Positions 48,505 to 55,492 of a DNA stretch of 64,000 nucleotides are shown here, piece after piece (positions within the stretch are counted from its first letter, which is position 1; every line of letters begins with the position of its first letter). The DNA lies in IMG/VR virus record IMGVR_UViG_3300015606_001334, positions 96,001-160,000 of that record; one strand, 5' to 3'. The position numbers were made by a program, and so were the translations under genes. The stretch comes from a virus (lineage: Duplodnaviria; Caudoviricetes). Under the pieces are notes generated by a model, which had not been told where the DNA came from, made no database searches, and worked only from the letters and a program-made list of their open reading frames with translations.

Positions 48505-48764
48505 TCATTGACAAAATTTAGATATCGGATATTCAGAGAAAAGCGAACTTAACTCCTAGTTAGATGGGTCAGTCACCTAACAACCGCCTACTTATTCTTA
48601 GTAGGAAATATCGACGTTATTCTATGTCGACAATAATCAAATTGTAATCGAGGAGGAGCAAGCTCCTTGTTCCCTCTGTTGTCCGTCAATTTGAAAAAAT
48701 AGACAACATCTCAATTAAGGACGATCATTAGCTATTAAGATAACCAATATCTCGCGGTCAATGA
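48505..48764 (-). ncRNA. GGTTATC-module RNA, long form
   Basis: TCATTGACCG..GATATTGGTTATC / CCGATATC..TTTTGTCAATGA. Confidence 0.7.
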
Positions 48765-48765
48765 T

Positions 48766-48841
48766 TGGTGGAACTGAAGGGAATCGAACCCTCAACATCT
48801 AGCTTGCAAAGCTAGCGCTCTCCCAATTGAGCTACAGCCCC
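48766..48841 (-). tRNA. tRNA-Ala(TGC)
   Basis: G3.U70, loop TTTGCAA. Confidence 0.92.
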
Positions 48842-49014
48842 AAAGTAAATGATATTTAATGTTCCAGCTTTTGGCATACTCTCTTAGGCTTCAGACCCAG
48901 GGATGTCAGCCCTTTTGCGCCTGCCAGGTTTCTTGCATGAACTTTTGACAGATTTTCTCATGCTCAAGGAATCCACCCAAACCAGCGTGTAACTTAGAGG
49001 GCTTCCATATCATT

Positions 49015-49100
49015 TGGTGCACCAGGTAGGATTCGAACCTACTCACCCAGAGGGAACAGATTTACAGTCTGCCGTAACTCTCCAACTTTACCGCTAGTGC
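49015..49100 (-). tRNA. tRNA-Tyr(GTA)
   Basis: GCAGA CTGTAAA TCTGT, long variable arm. Confidence 0.9.
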
Positions 49101-49104
49101 AATA

Positions 49105-49225
49105 CAATCAAACAAAGATAAAAATCGAATTGCTGCGCCCAATTTCTTGCAGCTCATAAATCCGAAGACCTATGATGGAGTCGAACCATTCATCTGATAG
49201 ATAATCGATTTTCGACGGTTTGATT
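49105..49225 (-). ncRNA. YrlA/Y-RNA-like permuted tRNA mimic with GGTTATC-type module
   Basis: closing helix, then T arm (ATGG TTCGACT CCAT), acceptor closed by UUCG, D-like arm. Confidence 0.75.
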
Positions 49226-49310
49226 GGTGGTCTATCTAGGTAACGATCCTAGCCAACCCGAAGGTATCAGTTTTACAGACTGCGCGGCGTCCTTAGCCGA
49301 ATACTAGACC
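49225..49310 (-). tRNA. tRNA-Tyr(GTA), atypical
   Basis: loop CTGTAAA; non-canonical T loop ATCGTTA. Confidence 0.65.
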
Positions 49311-49488
49311 TTGAAACTTAAAAATGCTCTTTTGTTACTTGATACTCAGGAGAAGGATATTCTTCCTTCTTAGCTTTCAAAAGCTCATTTGCTTCTGCTA
49401 CAGTGAGACACTTACGAGTAAAAACCGTAGTGTATCCCTTCATAACCACAATGTGCCAAAACTTCATGCTTACTTCTCCCTTAATAAT

Positions 49489-49562
49489 TGGTTGCGGGCA
49501 GGGGAATCGAACCACCTTCCCAACTGGCTTATGAGACCAGCGTCAGACCTTCTGAACCCGCA
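49489..49562 (-). tRNA. tRNA(CAT) Met/Ile2, atypical D arm
   Basis: CTGGT CTCATAA GCCAG, CCA. Confidence 0.7.
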
Positions 49563-49568
49563 ATTGAG

Positions 49569-49645
49569 AGATAAACAAAGGAGTGGAAATTGGGGATTGG
49601 ATCAAAGTGGAAGTTTGAGATAACCAATTTCCTTTCGGTTTATCT
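49569..49645 (-). ncRNA. minimal GGTTATC-module RNA presenting a Gly(TCC) anticodon stem-loop
   Basis: GGAAATTGGTTATC TCAAA CTTCCAC TTTGA..CCAATTTCC. Confidence 0.7.
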
Positions 49646-49735
49646 GGCGGAGGCGGTGAGATTCGAACTCACGGACCTTTTTAGGGATCGGTAGTTTTCA
49701 AGACTACTGCGTTAAACCAGCTCTGCCACGCCTCC
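49645..49735 (-). tRNA. tRNA-Ser(TGA)
   Basis: GTAGT CTTGAAA ACTAC, long variable arm, G73. Confidence 0.92.
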
Positions 49736-50068
49736 ATTTTTACGATTCCTCGACTTGTAAGTACTCAACTGTGAATCACAATTGCTACAGACAAATCTTA
49801 GATTTTCTAATCTATTGTCGTTGTTAACACCGTTGATGTGGCCAAGAATTAATGGCATAGGTTTCCCTTGCCATTCAGGACCAATTCCACAGCATGCGCA
49901 ACGATATTCGATTAACTTTCCATCTAATATTCGACTCTTTACATGATGTCTAGCGAGAGTCGAATTTTCAGAAAAAACTTCTTCATCCGTCTTTCTTATC
50001 GACCGATGATACTCTGTTAATCCTGGTTTCTTTCCTTTATTCCAAGGGACACTTCCTTTTGATGCCAT
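49712..50068 (-). CDS. HNH endonuclease
   Basis: CACCG, HINGVNNDNRLENLRFVCSNC; stop lies inside tRNA-Ser. Confidence 0.85.
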   Translation of the reverse strand: MASKGSVPWNKGKKPGLTEYHRSIRKTDEEVFSENSTLARHHVKSRILDGKLIEYRCACCGIGPEWQGKPMPLILGHINGVNNDNRLENLRFVCSNCDSQLSTYKSRNRKNGGVAELV

Positions 50069-50128
50069 AATCTGCTAAAAGTTATTTCAACAGATGTATT
50101 TATTGCACCAGTTTGTGAAACAATAGGG

Positions 50129-50192
50129 AATCAAACAAAAAGCGATGATCGACGCTTTTCCAATAAGATAACCAATCATCAACGGTTTGATT
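50129..50192 (-). ncRNA. minimal GGTTATC-module RNA (TGG loop)
   Basis: AATCAAACCG..GATTGGTTATC..GTCGATC..TTTTTGTTTGATT. Confidence 0.65.
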
Positions 50193-50283
50193 TGGCTCCG
50201 GCCTCAGGGATCGAACCTGATTGAAACCTTATGAGGGCCTCCTGGTTAACAGCCAGTTGCTCTACCAATTGAGCTACGCCGGA
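50193..50283 (-). tRNA. tRNA-Asn(GTT) whose variable arm is a second anticodon-like hairpin (CAT)
   Basis: CTGG CTGTTAA CCAG then GAGGCC CTCATAA GGTTTC. Confidence 0.75.
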
Positions 50284-50289
50284 ATTGTA

Positions 50290-50401
50290 AACTAACAAAA
50301 ATAGATATCGAGTAATGCGGCACCCAGCTTCCAAATCGGGAATCGAACCCAATCCTTCGTTTTTTCCATAAAAAGAGATAACCGATATCAAGCGGTTAGT
50401 T
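50290..50401 (-). ncRNA. GGTTATC-module permuted tRNA mimic (ATG loop, T arm)
   Basis: CTAACCG..GATATCGGTTATC; TTT TTATGGA AAA; GGG TTCGATT CCC. Confidence 0.7.
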
Positions 50402-50476
50402 GGTTGCGGGAGTTGGACTTGCACCAACCTTGGCCAGCTTATGAGACTGGTGATGAACTTTCTCCTCTATCCCGCA
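50401..50476 (-). tRNA. tRNA(CAT), atypical
   Basis: CCAGT CTCATAA GCTGG; T loop TGCAAGT; CCA. Confidence 0.65.
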
Positions 50477-50483
50477 ATCAAAA

Positions 50484-50599
50484 GATAAACAAAACTAGTA
50501 ATCGATGAACCTCTTTCGAGGGTGAAGGGCTTGAACCTTCTAACTTGTGGATGATTAGTCCTCTCGTATTATCCGATAACCAATTACTCACGGTTTATC
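50484..50599 (-). ncRNA. GGTTATC-module permuted tRNA mimic (AAT loop), paralog of 32749..32873
   Basis: GGA CTAATCA TCC; GAAGG TTCAAGC CCTTC. Confidence 0.7.
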
Positions 50600-50981
50600 A
50601 ATTACTTCTTCCTTTTCCTCCTTTAGCTGACATATTCCTATGCCATTCTTTGAACTCTTCAGGAGAAAGAGAATTCTTCATTTTTGTTATGTATGAAATT
50701 CGTTTATTCTGACGATAATCATCTCTCAAATTATCTGAGTATGTTCCCCAATACAAATGATTTGGATTTGAGCATTTACCATTTCCACAGCCATGACAAC
50801 AAATAACTTTCTTACCTGTCGGTATTGTGGTTTTAAGATGGTGTGCTAATAACCCTCTAAATTCTACAGAGCTATATCCACCAATTTCAATACAAGGCTC
50901 GTCAAGTTTAAGGTGCTTCTGTCTATCTTCTACAGGAAGCTCAATATACTCAAGAATTTCTACGAAACTGGTAGGAGACAT
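50598..50981 (-). CDS. HNH (His-Cys box-like) homing endonuclease; start uncertain
   Basis: CCHGCGNGKCSNPNHLYWGTYSDNL.D. Confidence 0.75.
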   Translation of the reverse strand: MSPTSFVEILEYIELPVEDRQKHLKLDEPCIEIGGYSSVEFRGLLAHHLKTTIPTGKKVICCHGCGNGKCSNPNHLYWGTYSDNLRDDYRQNKRISYITKMKNSLSPEEFKEWHRNMSAKGGKGRSN

Positions 50982-51043
50982 GGGACTCGAACCCACAACC
51001 TCGACATTAAAAGTGTCTTGCTCTACCATTGAGCTAATCTCCC
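50969..51043 (-). tRNA. tRNA-Lys(TTT)
   Basis: loop CTTTTAA, CCA. Confidence 0.9.
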
Positions 51044-51055
51044 ATTAAATGAATC

Positions 51056-51130
51056 TGGTGGTCGATGCTGGATTTGAACCAGCGACCTATCGCTTATCAA
51101 GCGAGTGCTCTACCACTGAGCTAATCGACC
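51056..51130 (-). tRNA. tRNA-Ile(GAT)
   Basis: loop TTGATAA, CCA. Confidence 0.9.
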
Positions 51131-51169
51131 AGCAGGAATGACTGCAATCATTCCTTTACTACTATGTAC

Positions 51170-51298
51170 CGGTGCAGTCTGAAGGAATCGAACCTCCGTC
51201 TTCGCCTTGTAATGGATAACCATTTTCAAGCGGTTCATTTTCATGAACAAATTCAGAAAACGATGTTTATCGCTGTTCTACCACTGAACTAAGACTGC
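51170..51298 (-). ncRNA. tRNA-Val(TAC) scaffold with GGTTATC module inserted near position 29/30
   Basis: removing the insert restores a CGCC/GGCG stem and ATTACAA loop. Confidence 0.75.
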
Positions 51299-51354
51299 AA
51301 AAATGAATCTGGCCTAAATACCATTAGGTTGGTACAACTTTACCGCAGATTCAA

Positions 51355-51483
51355 GGTGGAGAGTAGAGGATTCGAACCTCTGACCACGTGCTTAACAGGC
51401 AGATAACCAATTTCGGCCGGTTTGAGCAAACAAACAAAGAGTGAAATCGACATTTACGTGCTCTACCACTGAGCTAACTCCCC
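51355..51483 (-). ncRNA. tRNA(GTT) scaffold with GGTTATC module inserted near position 29/30; G3.U70 acceptor
   Basis: removing the insert restores CGTGC CTGTTAA GCACG. Confidence 0.78.
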
Positions 51484-51564
51484 AACAAAATCAGCAAGAT
51501 GACACCACTTGGTATACGTGGCTAATTAAGCATTATGTCCCCACAAATGCTCATCTTCGCTGAA

Positions 51565-51639
51565 GGTCCGCCGCGAGGGATTTGCACCCACTACCTGAGG
51601 TTTATGAGACCTCTGCTCCTCTACTCAAGCTGCCGGCGG
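51565..51639 (-). tRNA. tRNA(CAT), atypical
   Basis: GAGGT CTCATAA ACCTC; T loop TGCAAAT. Confidence 0.55.
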
Positions 51640-51921
51640 ATCGATGAGCTTCATAATCAAACCTACCAACTTTACGGGAAGGAGGGTTGAATGTCTTCCA
51701 GTTGCCTCGCGGCAAGTTGGTTCTTCCAGACTTCTGAAGCTCATTGATAACGATATCAGAGACTTGATCGTTAGTTAAGAGATTTTCACTGAAGCTTGTC
51801 TTTCGACTGCTACGAGCTCCGAGTACTCTTATCTGATTTGGCTTTTCCGAATTGTTAAAGAATCAACTACTTACTGAAGAATTTGAATTGTATCTCATTC
51901 ATCAGCTTTTGTAAACTGCTA

Positions 51922-52103
51922 AATTTGTTTTGTTCTGACTGCTGGACTCGAACCAGCACTACGTTCCTGGCCGCAGCCAGTGCATTACCAGTTATGCTAC
52001 TCGGGGCGGACCCCAAGGTTGGATTCGAACCAACATTTGAACAACCGCAGAATCAAAGATGCGGCGCGTCTACCAATTTCGCCAAGTCAGAACAAAACAA
52101 ATT
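51922..52103 (-). ncRNA. fused double-tRNA RNA
   Basis: two D arms, two T arms, internal closed acceptor CTTGGGG TCCG CCCCGAG, long terminal stem. Confidence 0.7.
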
Positions 52104-52113
52104 GTTAAAGAAC

Positions 52114-52217
52114 AACAACTTAGGTGAGGCGTCTAGGATTCGAACCTAGGAAGTAAACCCTCATTCGTGGATGGCGAACCTGACCCGCCATTATAACCAC
52201 GCCTCAACTAAGTTGTT
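52114..52217 (-). ncRNA. tRNA-like RNA in an extended stem
   Basis: GAGGCGT/ACGCCTC stem, T arm CTAGG TTCGAAT CCTAG, no canonical anticodon arm. Confidence 0.5.
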
Positions 52218-52313
52218 TAAAGATCGTTTGCTGCAAGTGAAGTTGAATTATATCTTCAACTTCAGGTTTTGTAAACTGTTTCTTCAACAAATTTTCAAAA
52301 CCTTTACTACATT

Positions 52314-52399
52314 TGGCGGAGACGGTGGGAATCGAACCCACTGAACCTTTCGGTCCTACACCTTAGCAGGGTGCTGCATTACCGGCCTGCCCCGTCTCC
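52314..52399 (-). tRNA. tRNA-Ser(GCT)
   Basis: GCACC CTGCTAA GGTGT, G73, CCA. Confidence 0.9.
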
Positions 52400-53055
52400 A
52401 ATTTTCTTCCTGCTTTCCAACCTTGATTTTCCCAAGATTGAAGTTCATCTTTCTTTATCTTCTTCGCTTCGGAACCATTGTTTATCCAACAAGTACCAAA
52501 TTGAGAATTCTTTTCACCTCTTACTGCTTCCTTCATCGAAGAACTAATTTTTATCTTAGTTTCCTCTTTATGGGTTTTTCCTGTCCAATCTCCAGAAGGA
52601 ACCTTCCCATACTTTTTCATCTTACCTTCTATGCCACGACGATGCCGCTCTTTTGCGGCCTCTGATCCTTTACTAAATATCTCAGCTCTTTTACTTCCAC
52701 CAGCTGAAGACCTAGCGATTTGAATCCTGTTTCGCTCTACATCATCTGAATTGATATGATCCCAACCACCTTCTCCACCAAACTTCAAGTTCATGCAGAG
52801 CGGGTGTTTCAACATCTCCTCGTTTACTACTTCAGCTTCTCTCTTCTTGAGTTCTTCTCTTGAAGGTAGAAACTCTAAAATCTCAAACTTGTGGTTTTCC
52901 AACCCATATTTCCGGATCGAATAACCTAACCTCTTTCCACTTCCTACATAACCATCTTCCAAGTTATCCGTTGAGTGCATCCCAACGTAGAACTTTTCAT
53001 TCAGAAGATTTGTGGTCCTATAAATGAAGTGGTACTTCTTTTGTTTCCTTGGCAT
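52363..53055 (-). CDS. GIY-YIG (Seg-like) homing endonuclease
   Basis: FIYRTTN..NEKFYVGMHST..DGYVGSG; NUMOD3-like GKTHKEETK; paralog of 36459..37124. Confidence 0.9.
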   Translation of the reverse strand: MPRKQKKYHFIYRTTNLLNEKFYVGMHSTDNLEDGYVGSGKRLGYSIRKYGLENHKFEILEFLPSREELKKREAEVVNEEMLKHPLCMNLKFGGEGGWDHINSDDVERNRIQIARSSAGGSKRAEIFSKGSEAAKERHRRGIEGKMKKYGKVPSGDWTGKTHKEETKIKISSSMKEAVRGEKNSQFGTCWINNGSEAKKIKKDELQSWENQGWKAGRKLETGQAGNAAPC

Positions 53056-53115
53056 TCATTTTGCTCCAAACTCCTATAAGTTTATTTATAGAAGGAGGAA
53101 CAAAATGTTACCGGG

Positions 53116-53198
53116 CGGAGAGTAAGGGACTCGAACCCTTAAGACGTTTCCGTCGCTACCTTTCCAGGGTAGTGCCATACCAATTAGGCGAACTCTCC
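53116..53198 (-). tRNA. tRNA-Ser(GGA)
   Basis: CTACC CTGGAAA GGTAG; ends CCCGG instead of CCA. Confidence 0.9.
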
Positions 53199-53747
53199 AA
53201 CAAAGTAAGATGAATTATAAACTAAACTTCTTACTTCGTAAACTACTTTTTAAATCTTTCCAAACCGTGATTTGAAATCTCCCAAACAACGATCTGCCCA
53301 ACGAGTGGCTGCATCAGCATTGGTGCAATTGTCAGCTCTTGCAACATTGATCCACGCTTGTAGCCAAACATGTTCTTCTTTTGAAAGAACCGGAATCTGA
53401 ACTTGTGGTTCATTCTTTTCCAATCGGATACCTTCTGTCATCTTGAACTTCCCTTAAAGAAAGAGAAATTTTATATCAATGCTGCACTTTTGTAAACTAT
53501 AAAACAATTTTGGGAATCTTTTTACGGATTCCCAAATCTAAACTATTCAAACGAAACGTGCGTTGTAACTTAGACTGGGAATTCTCCACCTCTATATCCA
53601 TATGATTTGGACACGAGCAGAGACTTGGCATTATTTGCCAAGGTTGTGCTAATGTTTAAAATCGAAGATATAGAAGACATGATTCCTCAGGGTTAAAAGT
53701 TAAGTTGCTATAATTCTATATATAGTTTCGGTCAGAATTTTTGTTTT

Positions 53748-54314
53748 TCAATACACTTCATGTTTTTTGGAGTCGATATCGAACTCACCGGCAATCGCCT
53801 TGATAGAAGGCTTGTCAACCTTGCTCTTATGGTCGACATACATCTTTACCTTACCGTATTCACCAGTGATGTCAAGATACCAGTCGTGGAACATATCAGA
53901 AAGTTCAATGATGTCCTCAGAAGCCTTCTTCAACCCATCAATAAATTGCTGCTCACTATGAGGCTGGATTTTGGTAGCTCTATAAGTTTTGATCGCGGTA
54001 GGAAGCGTGTTGCCACCACCAATTGCAAAAGCGTCTGATATTGAAAACTGAATTTCGAAGCTTAGTACTTCATCGCCTGAATTTTGACCTGCATTGATTT
54101 GTACTTCAAGCATGATGTCAAGGACTTTGTTTGAAAACACTACGCCTAGGTATGTTTCATCGTCAGGCTCGGCCATGAAGTCAACGATCTTGTAGCCCTT
54201 CTTGTCAAGATCATTTTCAAAGTCGACGATTGCTTCACCGATCTCGTCTCTGAATTTCTCAAGATATTCGAAATCGATCTGTTGTTTGTTCTCTGTTAAT
54301 TGTGTTAGTTTCAT
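53748..54314 (-). CDS. putative internal head protein, paralog 1
   Basis: MKLTQLTE leader; FHDWYLDITGEYGKVK..AIAGEF. Confidence 0.7.
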   Translation of the reverse strand: MKLTQLTENKQQIDFEYLEKFRDEIGEAIVDFENDLDKKGYKIVDFMAEPDDETYLGVVFSNKVLDIMLEVQINAGQNSGDEVLSFEIQFSISDAFAIGGGNTLPTAIKTYRATKIQPHSEQQFIDGLKKASEDIIELSDMFHDWYLDITGEYGKVKMYVDHKSKVDKPSIKAIAGEFDIDSKKHEVY

Positions 54315-54895
54315 TAGAATACTCTCTTTTCAGTTTCTTTTGAGCTGGAATCTGAAGGATCTCGATCCGCGCAGAAATCTCCAGCTATTGCGACGAAACG
54401 ATTCTCTCCGCCTCGTGAATAACCTTCTACCGTGCTTCCTTGTACTTTTAGAAGCTTCACCTTACCATATTCACCAGACATATCGAAGTACCATTCAACG
54501 AAGTCTTCTACGGTCTGTTGGAATCTACGAGATGTATTTGCTATTTCCTTTTCAGCGTTGGAGTCGTGCATAAACAAGTGGAAATTTACCAATAACCGGT
54601 CATCATCTCGATAGTTAGATCCTTTGATCATCAGTTTATCAATAACTTTGGTGTTCACCATAACCATGACATACGGATCGTCTTTACCAGAAACTGCAGC
54701 GAGAATTTCGGTTTCAAGCAGTCTATTTGAAAAGATGAATGAGGTTTGGTTTCCTTTATCTTCAGAACGAACAAAGCTAAACCCTTTTGTCAGAGCAGTG
54801 ATACCATCAGAAAACACACTGAACTTTTCGGTTGATAGCTTATCTTTGAACTCTGAGAAATCAGGAGAACCCTCTTTTAGAAATTCTAGTCTCAT
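54314..54895 (-). CDS. putative internal head protein, paralog 2
   Basis: MRLEFLKE leader; FVEWYFDMSGEYGKVK..AIAGDF. Confidence 0.7.
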   Translation of the reverse strand: MRLEFLKEGSPDFSEFKDKLSTEKFSVFSDGITALTKGFSFVRSEDKGNQTSFIFSNRLLETEILAAVSGKDDPYVMVMVNTKVIDKLMIKGSNYRDDDRLLVNFHLFMHDSNAEKEIANTSRRFQQTVEDFVEWYFDMSGEYGKVKLLKVQGSTVEGYSRGGENRFVAIAGDFCADRDPSDSSSKETEKRVF

Positions 54896-55491
54896 GCTGT
54901 TCTCGCTACAGTGCTATCGCCGTTGACAAAGAACTGACCGAGATACGGTGTCCACTTCCAAAGATTGTTGCTATGACCAGCCTCAAGGTCTTCAGTGATC
55001 TTGATTAGCTTCACTTTTTTTCCTGCGTCGCCAGCAATATCGAAATACCATTCTTCAAAATCCTGAGCAATCTTAAGAATCCTGTCAACGTAATCAAACA
55101 TTCTTTCCTCGCGAACCATATCAAAGTCGCGTGAGAAAGTATTTGCTAAAGCGTACTTGTGAGTGTCATGCTCTTGCATCTTCTCATGACCGAACACAAT
55201 AGTGTGATTGACCATGGATGCAATTTCTACAGTAGGATAGTACGGATATTGCTCATTGTCGTTGAACGCTGTATCCTTTCCGAAGGAAAAATCGAAATCC
55301 ACTAAACCGTTTGACACATGAAAGAACATATCTTCAGCTGAAACGTCATTCAACGTGATCTTTGTGTATTTTTTGAACTTCTCTAGAAGCTTCTTGATCG
55401 CACTGACATGCTTTGGGTCTAAGTTATCAGTGAACTCAGAAACGTCAATATCTGCTAGAGTTTCTTCTTTTAGGAATGATTGTAGTTTCAT
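54892..55491 (-). CDS. putative internal head protein, paralog 3
   Basis: MKLQSFLKEE leader; FEEWYFDIAGDAGKKVK. Confidence 0.7.
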   Translation of the reverse strand: MKLQSFLKEETLADIDVSEFTDNLDPKHVSAIKKLLEKFKKYTKITLNDVSAEDMFFHVSNGLVDFDFSFGKDTAFNDNEQYPYYPTVEIASMVNHTIVFGHEKMQEHDTHKYALANTFSRDFDMVREERMFDYVDRILKIAQDFEEWYFDIAGDAGKKVKLIKITEDLEAGHSNNLWKWTPYLGQFFVNGDSTVARTA

Positions 55492-55492
55492 T

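Noticed and set aside
32321-51483. CRISPR array interpretation of the repeated gataacca motif
   Set aside because: Copies are irregularly spaced, degenerate, bipartite and covary as RNA helices; no cas genes in the window
45515-52149. Short ORFs overlapping tRNAs (e.g. 45526, 46694, 46926, 47664, 47749, 50179, 51883) and the N-terminal extension of 45155..45631
   Set aside because: They are translations of tRNA sequence, not credible proteins
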